Origin: a virus
IMG/VR virus record: IMGVR_UViG_3300045988_075769
Location: 1 to 58,438 of that record
DNA: 58,438 bases
Reading direction: 5' to 3' (one strand)
Shown here: piece after piece, positions 24,023 through 32,514 of the stretch
Position numbering within the stretch: the first letter of the stretch is position 1
How the letters are laid out: every line of letters begins with the position of its first letter
The notes under the pieces: model-generated
What the model saw: the letters and a program-made list of their open reading frames with translations, nothing else
Databases searched by the model: none
Told to the model about the DNA's origin: nothing
Translations under genes and position numbers: made by a program

Positions 24023-24223
24023 ATGACAGAATGCCCCACTTGTGGTTCAAAAATGATTTTTCGCCACGACTACACGCAAAAATTCAGACATAACGGAAAA
24101 TGTGTAACGTTAAAAAAATTAAGCGGATGGTATTGCAATGAGTGCAAAGAAATTATCTATTCAGGAGAGGAAGCAAAACGAATTGAAAGAATTGTTCTTG
24201 AAAGAACAAAGAATGTTGATTGA
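24023..24223 (+). CDS. YgiT/MqsA-type zinc-finger protein (no HTH domain)
   Basis: CPTCGSKM...GWYCNECKEIIYSGEEAKR matches the MqsA N-terminal Zn-finger pattern. 66 aa. Confidence 0.55.
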   Translation: MTECPTCGSKMIFRHDYTQKFRHNGKCVTLKKLSGWYCNECKEIIYSGEEAKRIERIVLERTKNVD

Positions 24224-24992
24224 CTTCTCCGACCCATGCCTGCGCACGTTTCTGCCTGTTCTCTTGCAAGACCACACGACAGGCAAGAACATCATCTGGG
24301 CGACAGACCCGCCGCCTGAGCTTGGCGTTGGCTTTGCAGATGAAATCACGCTGGAACAACTGGACAAGGTTCAACTTGTTCCTCGTGTGCAGAAACGACT
24401 TGCAGACCAAAAGAAGCGCACCAGCAAGAAAGCAGAGGTGTTTACGCCGACTTGGGTTTGCAAGAAGATGGCAGAAGTTGCCGAAAACGACCTGAAGGGC
24501 GAGGACTGGAAGGAGTATATCAACAAGACTTGTCTTGAAGTAACCTGTGGAGAAGCGCCGTTCCTCACAAGCCGATACGACACCACCACAGGGCAGATGA
24601 TTGCCGTGCCGGACAGAATCGGTCTGCTGGATAGGAAACTAAATGTTCTGGCAGAGCAGTTCCATGACTACGATATGTGGATGTGCTGGGCAATCAGCGC
24701 CTACGCATCGACATACGGCTATGAGTGGCAGGGAGACAATGTCTTGCTGGCAAGGTGCAACCTGTTCCTGACGCTGGTCGAAAATTTTAGGTATCGGTTT
24801 GATGCTAAAAAGCTGGAAATCGGCAGTATGCCCATGTTTCTTGACTGTGTCGCAGACATCATCTCATGGAACGTCTGGCAGATGGATGGTCTGAAAAAGA
24901 CCATTCCCGGCACGGACATTCCGTGCAAAATAAAAGACTGGAAAGCCTACAAAGAAATCCTGTTTAAGGATGTTGGGGAGAACGAGCAATGA
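24213..24992 (+). CDS. MTase-fold-like protein lacking catalytic NPPY/DPPY
   Basis: AEVFTPTWVCKKM and LEVTCGEAPFL resemble N6-MTase N-terminal motifs, but I could find no (N/D)PP(Y/F/W). The start at 24213 overlaps the previous gene by 11 nt. Confidence 0.45.
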   Translation: MLIDFSDPCLRTFLPVLLQDHTTGKNIIWATDPPPELGVGFADEITLEQLDKVQLVPRVQKRLADQKKRTSKKAEVFTPTWVCKKMAEVAENDLKGEDWKEYINKTCLEVTCGEAPFLTSRYDTTTGQMIAVPDRIGLLDRKLNVLAEQFHDYDMWMCWAISAYASTYGYEWQGDNVLLARCNLFLTLVENFRYRFDAKKLEIGSMPMFLDCVADIISWNVWQMDGLKKTIPGTDIPCKIKDWKAYKEILFKDVGENEQ

Positions 24993-25189
24993 AAATCATT
25001 ACATATCCTGACGGTCGTTCGGAACAGGTTGGAACGCCATTAGAACTAGCGCAGTTTATGCTTGGCTTGATTGAATATCAAACTATGCAGAAGTTCAAGA
25101 ATCTGATTGATTCTATCCCACAGCAGATTGAAAGCCCAAATAAAAAACGCGCATCTAAAAAGAAAGCAGGCGAATTTAATGCAGACTGA
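24989..25189 (+). CDS. Hypothetical protein (66 aa)
   Basis: ATGA overlap with the upstream gene. Confidence 0.5.
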   Translation: MKIITYPDGRSEQVGTPLELAQFMLGLIEYQTMQKFKNLIDSIPQQIESPNKKRASKKKAGEFNAD

Positions 25190-25388
25190 CAGAGGAATCT
25201 ACCACAAGCGAGTGTGCGACCGCTGCGGAGCGGTACAGGGCGGCAGGATGATGAACCCTGACGAATACTTCAAAGACTGGGCGTGGCGCAGGGACACAGG
25301 CGACCTGTGCCCGGAGTGCTATGAAGAGTATAAGCGAGTGATCGGGCGGTTCAATGCCAACAGAAGGAGAAATAGAGGGCAGATATAA
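25179..25388 (+). CDS. Small Zn-ribbon protein
   Basis: CDRCG...CPEC. The ATG is at 25179. Confidence 0.45.
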   Translation: MQTDRGIYHKRVCDRCGAVQGGRMMNPDEYFKDWAWRRDTGDLCPECYEEYKRVIGRFNANRRRNRGQI

Positions 25389-25630
25389 TGGACGTTTACT
25401 GCACCACCGAACATTGCTCTTGCATTGGAATCAAGCAGTTCTCTGCTGGTAAGGCTATCCGATGCACGGCAGAATCCTGTAAGAACAAATCCGAGCCGTT
25501 CTGCGGCTCTTGCAAATGGTACGCAGAGCCGGAGGGCGTGTGTGTGAACGACCAGTCAAAACACGTTGCAGACTTTGTGTGGGATAAACGTGGGTGCAAG
25601 GAATGGGAGAAAAGAGAAAATGACAGCTAA
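25388..25630 (+). CDS. Cys-rich protein (80 aa)
   Basis: 10 Cys. TAATG coupling with the upstream gene. Confidence 0.5.
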   Translation: MDVYCTTEHCSCIGIKQFSAGKAIRCTAESCKNKSEPFCGSCKWYAEPEGVCVNDQSKHVADFVWDKRGCKEWEKRENDS

Positions 25631-25856
25631 AGAAACATTTGCCATATTTGTTTTGGGGTCGCTCATAACATTCTTTGTTGGAGCCTTTGTCACGATTTTT
25701 GAAATGTTTCTTTGGGATATGACCGATGACATTTCGCTTGGATGGTCGTGGAAGCACCCAGAACGCTCAACAATTGCTCATGCAATGATAATAGTGGCTA
25801 TTAACGCCACTGCCTTTGGCGGTGGTCTTCTGGCTGTATGGCTGGCGAAAGGATGA
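25620..25856 (+). CDS. Small membrane protein
   Basis: ATG at 25620. Two TM helices. Confidence 0.5.
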   Translation: MTAKETFAIFVLGSLITFFVGAFVTIFEMFLWDMTDDISLGWSWKHPERSTIAHAMIIVAINATAFGGGLLAVWLAKG

Positions 25857-25860
25857 GAAA

Positions 25861-26226
25861 ATGAGCTATGATATTTCGCTGTGCGATCCTGTAACGCATG
25901 AAACGCTTAAAGCGGATAGCGCACATTTTATCTCAGGCGGTATGAGAGCCATCGGCGGAACAAGGGAACTGTGGCTTAACGTCACATGGAACTATGCGGA
26001 CTTTTACTACCGTAAAGATGTGTTTGGAGAAAACGGCATCCGCTCCATCTACGGTAAAACAGGCGCAGAGAGCATCCCGATGCTGGAAAAGGCGATTGCC
26101 GCACTGGGCAATGATGTTGACGACAGCGACTATTGGAACGCAACAGAAGGCAATGCAAAGCGTGCGCTGTATGGGCTGCTGGCGTTTGCAAAGATGCGCC
26201 CGGATGGCGTATGGGAAGGTGATTGA
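25861..26226 (+). CDS. Hypothetical protein (121 aa)
   Basis: ATG at 25861 follows GGATGAGAAA. Confidence 0.55.
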   Translation: MSYDISLCDPVTHETLKADSAHFISGGMRAIGGTRELWLNVTWNYADFYYRKDVFGENGIRSIYGKTGAESIPMLEKAIAALGNDVDDSDYWNATEGNAKRALYGLLAFAKMRPDGVWEGD

Positions 26227-26466
26227 GTGAATAGCACGATATGGCATCCGGCAAGCGAACAGCCACGAGAACGGACGCAGCCTTTGCTGCTTGCGACTAA
26301 GACAATGTGGTGTGATAAAGATGGAAAAATGTTGCAAGGAATATCGCCGACAGCGTACTTTCTTGGCTGTTACGCAGACGGTCAGTTCTGGGACGAGATA
26401 GGCGAGAGGCTGCCGAAAAATGTGACAGTGACGCATTGGATGCGCATTGATGCGCCGGAGGAATGA
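26227..26466 (+). CDS. DUF551 protein
   Basis: GTG start follows GGAAGGTGA. WHPASEQP...VTHWMRIDAPEE. Confidence 0.6.
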   Translation: MNSTIWHPASEQPRERTQPLLLATKTMWCDKDGKMLQGISPTAYFLGCYADGQFWDEIGERLPKNVTVTHWMRIDAPEE

Positions 26467-26467
26467 T

Positions 26468-26701
26468 ATGAGTGACGAACTCAATGATTTTTTTAAAGCG
26501 TTTACGGAAGCAGCTGACAAGTTCTGCAATGAACTTGAAAAATTTGCAAAAGCAGTTAAGCAGTGCGAGACGCAATCAGGATGCTACAATCCGAAAGACA
26601 AAAGAAAGTCAAAGCACACACGCCCGGTCTACAGCAGAGGAAAGAAGCCTTGTGACGGGTTCAGGTCAACTATCAGAACGAGAGAGGGATTTAGAAAATG
26701 A
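26468..26701 (+). CDS. Hypothetical basic protein
   Basis: ATG at 26468. Confidence 0.45.
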   Translation: MSDELNDFFKAFTEAADKFCNELEKFAKAVKQCETQSGCYNPKDKRKSKHTRPVYSRGKKPCDGFRSTIRTREGFRK

Positions 26702-26910
26702 AAAACCTGTCAAAGAAGCACCTGAAACAGATTTACAGGCGCAGAAACAATTTCATAGGAAGCGTTGCTATGCTGAACCGGTTCTTCCGCTCTGCACCAA
26801 GTAATCGAGATGATTACAGCAAGATGATGGACTGGCGTTGGAGCATGTGTACGAACGTCTACTACATGATTCCGGGTGAGAAAATTAAGAGAAGGAGCAA
26901 AAGGACATGA
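26698..26910 (+). CDS. Hypothetical protein (70 aa)
   Basis: ATGA overlaps at both ends. Confidence 0.45.
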   Translation: MKNLSKKHLKQIYRRRNNFIGSVAMLNRFFRSAPSNRDDYSKMMDWRWSMCTNVYYMIPGEKIKRRSKRT

Positions 26911-27551
26911 GCATGGACAAAAAACGAGACAGCTTTACATTCCAACGATATTACTTTGAAGCCATCTCCACACTCAAAAGCAAAGAGAAGTTGGAACTCT
27001 ACGATGCAATCTGTGCATACATTTTTGAAGGAAAAGACGCAACTTTGAACTCAAAAAAGGCAGAATCTTGTTTCATTTTGATTAAGCATCTGCTCGATGA
27101 AGAACGGAAAAGAAGCGATATTTCGTCAAAAGGATGGTCTACACGAAAGTCGGCTCATCCTCATGTCATAAATGAGATGAAAGTCAGCTCATCTATGAGT
27201 TCAAAGTCGGATGAAAATGAGCCCATTGTATCGACTGACAGTCAGATGAACGTCAAGACCCTGCCAGAGAGTGCAGTCAAAAAGAAACCTGACATCTTCT
27301 CCGACTTTGCTCATGGCGATAAAGCCTTGCTGGAATCCCTGCGAGAGTTCGCACAGATGCGTACAAGAATCAAAAAGCCTATGACAGACCGGGCAAAACA
27401 GATGCTCTGCAACAAGCTGGAAAAGTTTGATCGGCATGATTGGAAAGCCATTCTCGACCAGAGCATCTATGCCGGGTGGCAGGACATTTACGCATTAAAA
27501 CAGGATGACCAGTACGAGCAAAGTACGGAGATGGAGTTTCCTAGACTATGA
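26907..27551 (+). CDS. Replisome organiser / DnaD-like replication protein
   Basis: N-terminal FQRYYFEAISTLKSKEKLELYDAICAYIFEG and C-terminal LREFAQMRTRIKKPMTDRA...IYAGWQDIY. It sits directly upstream of the helicase gene. Confidence 0.5.
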   Translation: MSMDKKRDSFTFQRYYFEAISTLKSKEKLELYDAICAYIFEGKDATLNSKKAESCFILIKHLLDEERKRSDISSKGWSTRKSAHPHVINEMKVSSSMSSKSDENEPIVSTDSQMNVKTLPESAVKKKPDIFSDFAHGDKALLESLREFAQMRTRIKKPMTDRAKQMLCNKLEKFDRHDWKAILDQSIYAGWQDIYALKQDDQYEQSTEMEFPRL

Positions 27552-28753
27552 CAATGGACGTTCAAACGGTATTTATCGGTGCGCTGATGCTCTGCAAGCC
27601 GGGCATTGTGGATGAAATCATACCAGACCTTGAACTTGACTTGTTCAGACCTGAGCTGAGAGACGCTTTTGCGGCTGTTCAGGGCTATTGGACGGCTAGG
27701 GGTAAGATAGATATAGTCGAGATAAACACGCAACATCCAGACGTAGCGCAGACACTCTTGGCGTGTGTACAAACCTGTGAATCAGAGTGTGTACGAATTG
27801 ATAAGGAGCAGATGCAGCGTTGGGTACAGCTTATCAGAGAACAAGCTGCACTCACTCGTGTGCAAGGTCTGGCATTTCAGATGACCAGCGAGCTTACCGA
27901 CTATTCTGATCTATCAGACATTTACCAGCAGATGGGCGAGGCGATGAGCCTGAAAGCTGAGGAAGAAGATGCGTGGACATACGAGGATGTGCTGAACGAC
28001 TATGTGCTTCACATGGACGAAAAGCCTGTGTACATCAAGACAGGCCTAGAGCGTCTGGATGAAGCACTGCACATCTCACCGGGTGATTTTATTATCATCG
28101 GCGGCAGACCGTCTGCTGGCAAGACAGCCCTGTCCTTGCAAATAGCAGCAAGCATGGCAAAGCAGGACTACACCGTGTACTATTTCAGCTTAGAAACCAG
28201 CAAACGCAAGCTGGGCGCACGTCTGATGGCCAATCAAATATACTGCCCTCTGGACACGGTGAAAAATAAGGCGGTCAGCTTAAATGAGATTGACGGACAG
28301 GCAAAAAACATGAAGATGCCCCTATATATACGCTCCGCTGCCGGAAAGAACGTGGCGTGGATGAAGGCGCAGGCTCTCCGTAAAAAGGCTCAAGTCATCT
28401 TTGTGGACTATCTTCAACTCATCCACGAAACAGGCGCAAAGGACAGATATGCCGCCATTACAGCTATATCCATTGCCCTGCACGAACTGGCACAGACCAC
28501 AGGAATTGTCGTGGTGGCACTGGCACAGCTCAATCGAAACCCATCCAAGCCCGGAGCAACGCCTACTAACTCCGACTTGCGAGAGAGCGGACAGATTGAA
28601 CAGGACGCAGATGCAATCATCCTTCTGTCCGGTGATAATCCCGACAAGTACCTGTTCCGGCTGAGCAAGAACAAGGAAGGCGAGATAGGCGACCTTCCCA
28701 TCATGTTTAACAAGCAGATTCAACGGTTCCAAGAGTACACTTGGATGGACTGA
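27548..28753 (+). CDS. dnaB: Replicative DNA helicase (DnaB family)
   Basis: Walker A GGRPSAGKT, Walker B IFVDYLQL, plus ALAQLNR and SDLRESGQIEQDADAIILL. Confidence 0.9.
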   Translation: MTMDVQTVFIGALMLCKPGIVDEIIPDLELDLFRPELRDAFAAVQGYWTARGKIDIVEINTQHPDVAQTLLACVQTCESECVRIDKEQMQRWVQLIREQAALTRVQGLAFQMTSELTDYSDLSDIYQQMGEAMSLKAEEEDAWTYEDVLNDYVLHMDEKPVYIKTGLERLDEALHISPGDFIIIGGRPSAGKTALSLQIAASMAKQDYTVYYFSLETSKRKLGARLMANQIYCPLDTVKNKAVSLNEIDGQAKNMKMPLYIRSAAGKNVAWMKAQALRKKAQVIFVDYLQLIHETGAKDRYAAITAISIALHELAQTTGIVVVALAQLNRNPSKPGATPTNSDLRESGQIEQDADAIILLSGDNPDKYLFRLSKNKEGEIGDLPIMFNKQIQRFQEYTWMD

Positions 28754-28768
28754 AAGGAGAACGAAAAG

Positions 28769-29056
28769 ATGACGCAGAATCGATACAAAAAACTGTTAAT
28801 GTCCATTGGCCTGCAACGCAATGAAGCTGATTTTGCCGTAAGACTTTTTATCGGGGCTCATCGGGGCGATGAAAGACGCCATGTAAACATCTTCCAGACG
28901 TACGATGGGCTTTGGGAGACATTTCAGTGGGTTATGAGAACACCTGTTGACCAGCTTCCGAAAATCACTCTGGTTGAAGAATTAGCGCAATACAACGAAC
29001 CGGCAAGAGCTGTTCTGTCAACTTATGACAGGATGGCTTTTTCTTGTTTCGCTTAA
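28769..29056 (+). CDS. Hypothetical protein (95 aa)
   Basis: RBS AAAGGAGAA. Confidence 0.55.
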   Translation: MTQNRYKKLLMSIGLQRNEADFAVRLFIGAHRGDERRHVNIFQTYDGLWETFQWVMRTPVDQLPKITLVEELAQYNEPARAVLSTYDRMAFSCFA

Positions 29057-29158
29057 ACACTGAGAGAAAGCCTGTTTTAAGGCGTTTTAGGTGTTGGACG
29101 ATAACTTTATCGACTTCATCGAAAAAACGCGCCACAGACGCTCGTAGGCGGCTCTCCG

Positions 29159-29362
29159 TTGATGCTGATGGCATATAGCAGACTGGGCTATGCAATCAGA
29201 CCGATGCAGGAGCGGGCAGAACAGCTTTTCAGGGTCAGACGTGAAAGTTATCGGGTCAATCAGAAAAACGCGGCAGACAGGCTCTTACACGCCTTTCCAG
29301 CGATGATAGCAGCCATATGGGCAGATGATAGTGACTATTCGTCTAATCGCAGGGCTGATTGA
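29159..29362 (+). CDS. Hypothetical protein (start uncertain)
   Basis: Last ORF before the gene-free island. It has no clear RBS. Confidence 0.3.
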   Translation: MMLMAYSRLGYAIRPMQERAEQLFRVRRESYRVNQKNAADRLLHAFPAMIAAIWADDSDYSSNRRAD

Positions 29363-29434
29363 GACGAAAGCAAGATGTGTGAGACGAAAAAACGCTTCGA
29401 CAATCACTTTCGGAAATGGCTTTCAAATTTTTGT

Positions 29435-29546
29435 CCCCTTTCCCCCTTGTTTCCTCTTCCCCCCTTTTGTCCCCCTCTTTCCCCTACAACCCCTATTACC
29501 CCCTATAATCCCCCTAGCATCTTCCGTGCTCCCCCTTTCCCTCCCC
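29435..29546 (-). repeat. Cluster of 11 C4-C6 tracts (G-tracts on the minus strand); G-quadruplex/i-motif-prone
   Basis: C-runs counted at 29435, 29442, 29459, 29471, 29481, 29490, 29499, 29510, 29531 and 29543 (plus a C3 run at 29539), all within 112 nt. Confidence 0.85.
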
Positions 29547-29763
29547 GTGTGTTTAGCGCGTCCGCGGGCGTTATACGCGCCAGCGCGCGCGTTGGCGGAG
29601 CCGGGTGTGCCACGATAGTTCAAAAGTGAATAAATAACAGTTATGCGAAATTGCAAGTTGGTTCTTTCCCCCTACAACCCTCTATCTCCAAAAGCCAGAC
29701 CGTTAGCCAGTAGAGCATACCGTAGGAAAGAACTAGCGTGAGGTTCGGACTGGTGGAAAGTCT

Positions 29764-30412
29764 ACGACTATTTCACATGAAGAATTGACTTCATTTTGTA
29801 GGCGGTTTGATATGTATAAATGTTGCATATCTGTATGAGCGGTTTATTACAAATTGAAAGCGTCTGACCGGTCGGATAGTCTTATTAAATAGTTAAAAGT
29901 ATTGAGATATTTGCTGAATGAGTAATCCTAGTTGGTTGGTATGATATAATTGTAGTTGTCAGTAATTAAATCGGAGTAGAACGAACCGAATCGGATGATA
30001 CGACTATTTCAGCAGAATAATAGTTAAAAAGATTGAGTAATTGTCTGCGACTATTATAATAAGTACGATTATTAAAGATTTTGAGGTAATGTGATTGGGA
30101 TTAAAATTGACAGGTGTCTTGATACATCTTGATTTTGGGAAGGTCGGATGACTTAGCGACTATCGCACCTCTCTTTCTCTAAAAGGCAAACAACTATTTC
30201 ACGCAAAAAAATACACGACTATTTAGCGATAATTCGCAAGAAAACGCTACGACTATTAATCTGCGACTATCAGCGAACAGATCGTTACTATACTATATAT
30301 AGGACTTTCAAACGCTAGTCATCTGACGACTTTGCGACTATTCTACGACTATCCGTCGGGAGAAGCTACGACTATTGGCTACGACTATTCCAGCCGGAAC
30401 GCTACGACTATT
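29764..30412 (+). repeat. Array of 13 same-orientation copies of [A/G]CGACTAT[T/C] (candidate lytic origin or centromere)
   Basis: Copies begin at 29764, 30000, 30047, 30156, 30190 (degenerate), 30215, 30249, 30263, 30334, 30345, 30368, 30381 and 30404. The background is AT-rich and spacing tightens toward the 3' end. Confidence 0.85.
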
Positions 30413-30419
30413 GCTGACC

Positions 30420-31037
30420 TCTATTAGCTATCGGGCGACAGCCCGAAAAGAGATACGGCGGTAGCCGTCAATGGTTCCGCGCCGCCAGCCGCTGGACTGC
30501 CCCACCGGGTGGAGCGTGTCAGCCGGTGCGCCCTGACCGCTAACCGGTGCCAGATCGCCGCCGGGCGTGGGAAGTATCGAGACCGCCGCCGGGCTGACCT
30601 TGTACAGGTGCAGACGTTACACCCCATCAGCGGGTGCGCCGGGTCTGTACTGCTGACGGTAGAAGCTGACCCCGCCGGGCTGGCATGGTCTGCGATATGC
30701 TGCACTGTCTGGCATAGATCCACGACAGGGGCGCACCCCTGCACCCTTATATATACCTTATTATAATAGGGCGGCTGTGCTGACCTACATAGCGTCCGGC
30801 GCGGCGGTGGTATCTGGGTATCGGTGCAAGGCGTCCGGGCGCGTGTGTGTGCTCCAGCGCGGCGCAGGCGGTGTTATATCCACTTTTGCCGGTCTGGTAT
30901 TTGTGGCGGTAGAATGTGGCAAATCTCAGAAAAAGCCACTGTAAAGCCCTGTGTACTGTTTTGTGATGTGGGTGGTATAACTGCATTAACGGAACAAAAC
31001 GCATTGCAAACGCTTGTATGCAGCTGTATTGCAACAG
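30420..31037. ncRNA. ORF-free GC-rich hairpin-dense block (candidate structured RNA; strand unknown)
   Basis: No credible ORF in six frames. Perfect small hairpins include TCGGGCgacaGCCCGA, ACGGCggtaGCCGT and CAGGGGcgcaCCCCTG. Repeated motifs include CCGCCGGGC x3 and GCTGACC x4. Confidence 0.3.
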
Positions 31038-31106
31038 GACAAAATAAAAGCCCTGCACCGTGTTAGATGCAAGGCAAAAGAAAAGCCCGGCCATTTCTGA
31101 CCGGGT
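31038..31106 (-). terminator. Tandem minus-strand terminators
   Basis: GCCTTGCA/TGCAGGGC followed by CTTTTATTTT, and CCCGG/CCGGG followed by CTTTTCTTTT (both read on the minus strand). They lie downstream of gene 31196-31459. Confidence 0.6.
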
Positions 31107-31195
31107 TGAATGCTTCTTATTTGGACGCTTTAAACAACGCCGAAAAAAACCAGAAGAAAAACAGGACACAAGATAAAATCACAGCTTGCACCCCC

Positions 31196-31459
31196 TTATA
31201 CCACGCTGAAGAGCTTGTAGGTGGTTTTACTGCTGCACTCTGCGTAAATATCCGGGTGCAGCGTCTTGAGTAGCTTGCTATCCAACCGGACGCTTTGAAC
31301 ATCCTTGTAAATGGCTTTTGCCGTACCCTGTGCCATCTCCGGTGCGCCCTGCATCATGCAGATAATATCTGCTTTAATGCTTTCGTTCATTGCTTCCAGC
31401 TCTTCCAAAAGCCGCTTGTTTTCGCGGTATTCGTTCACCTTTTCTTCGAACAACGTCAT
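31196..31459 (-). CDS. Hypothetical protein (87 aa)
   Basis: Clean ORF. N-terminal coiled coil MTLFEEKVNEYRENKRLLEELEAM. Confidence 0.6.
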   Translation of the reverse strand: MTLFEEKVNEYRENKRLLEELEAMNESIKADIICMMQGAPEMAQGTAKAIYKDVQSVRLDSKLLKTLHPDIYAECSSKTTYKLFSVV

Positions 31460-31472
31460 TTTTTAGCCCTCC

Positions 31473-31568
31473 TTAGCTGTTGAGGAATGCGATCATAACC
31501 AACGCACCGGAAATCATGCCGCCCACATACCAGATGGCGGCCCACTGGGTTGCATCAAGTATCAGCAT
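31473..31568 (-). CDS. Micro membrane protein (31 aa)
   Basis: ATG at 31568 lies 8 nt after GGGGG and immediately after the upstream stop. The sequence is hydrophobic: WAAIWYVGGMISGALVMIAFL. Confidence 0.4.
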   Translation of the reverse strand: MLILDATQWAAIWYVGGMISGALVMIAFLNS

Positions 31569-31569
31569 A

Positions 31570-31998
31570 TTACTGCACCCCCTTGCAATACAAGCCGTTG
31601 GTGCGGCAGATGGTGCGGATACGGTTGCAAGCCTGATACAGCGCACGGGCTTGCACGTCAAGCCACGTTTCCCGGCTGTTTGGGGCGTTCATGCCACCAT
31701 CGGTGCGCTTGAGTTCAGACGGGGTACAGACACGTGCGGCGATATCGGCATTGTAGCAGATGGAGCAACCGCCGTTGCTGTACTGCTCCCAGCAGCTTGC
31801 GCCGTTGAGCGCCCACCGCTCAAGCTCTGCACCGTCAAGGGGCAAGCGCTCCATATTGTCCGCGCCCTCCTGCACATCGTCCAACAGGTCGAGAGCGTAC
31901 AGCGTGACGGCCTTATTCCATGCGCTGCGGTCGTGGCGGGCGTTGAGTTCGGCGCGGATGGTATCTGTAAGTGCGGTATAGTCGATGGTCTTTTTCAT
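31570..31998 (-). CDS. Hypothetical protein (142 aa)
   Basis: ATG at 31998 follows GGAGG. The sequence looks like a conserved, globular protein. Confidence 0.6.
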   Translation of the reverse strand: MKKTIDYTALTDTIRAELNARHDRSAWNKAVTLYALDLLDDVQEGADNMERLPLDGAELERWALNGASCWEQYSNGGCSICYNADIAARVCTPSELKRTDGGMNAPNSRETWLDVQARALYQACNRIRTICRTNGLYCKGVQ

Positions 31999-32053
31999 GG
32001 TTTTTGTCCTCCTGTTTTGGTTCAATGGGGTTTGTTCTTGTTTGTGTCTTTAT

Positions 32054-32198
32054 TATACTATCAATAGGATGGTATGTCAATAGATAGATAGCAATTTACT
32101 ATCACAAGAAACAACAAAACATCCTTGTGATATTTGTTCATATTGCTATCAATATACCATGCCTGTGATAGAGCTATCACAATACGCATGATAGAGGA
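32054..32198. promoter_or_regulatory. Operator/recombination-site cluster built from ACTATCA / TGATAG
   Basis: Perfect palindrome TGTGATAG-AG-CTATCACA at 32164-32181. The 9-bp inverted repeat TATCACAAG/CTTGTGATA is at 32100-32132. Further ACTATCA copies lie at 32056 and 32146. Confidence 0.6.
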
Positions 32199-32474
32199 GT
32201 TGCCACGCCCTCCAGCCCACGCCGCCGTCCCGATCGTCCCTGCGTGGTCTGCCTTGCATCTGGCACGGTCTGCTCTGCTGCCTGTGATGTGTAGCCGTCC
32301 CGGGTGTGCTGGGGGGCTGGGGCTCCACCTCTGGGGTATATGAGGAGAGCCGGGGGTGGGGCGGTCGCCCCCTCGCGTAGAAAAAATTCAAAAAAGGCGC
32401 TTTTCATGGGTCGTGTCACAAACTACCCACCCCACCTTCACAAAACGAAATCCATCCGATTGTGCAAGTCTCCA

Positions 32475-32514
32475 AAAATTCCAAAAAATACAAAAAGACC
32501 CCTTTTGAGGTCTT
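32475..32514 (-). terminator. Minus-strand rho-independent terminator with no obvious gene to terminate
   Basis: AAGACC/GGTCTT hairpin followed, on the minus strand, by TTTTGTATTTTTT. Confidence 0.5.

Noticed and set aside
29325-29656. Pro-rich ORFs (97, 84 and 77 aa) over the C-tract cluster
   Set aside because: These are translation artefacts of poly-C/poly-G tracts (PPFxP repeats) and have no RBS.
29764-30412. The repeat array considered as a CRISPR array
   Set aside because: The repeat unit is only 9-11 bp and spacing is irregular (13 to more than 200 bp). There are no cas genes and no repeat-spacer regularity.
30424-31169. ORFs of 106, 85 and 140 aa in the GC-rich block
   Set aside because: They overlap one another in different frames and have Arg/Cys/His-rich junk composition with no RBS. 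The block is treated as non-coding.
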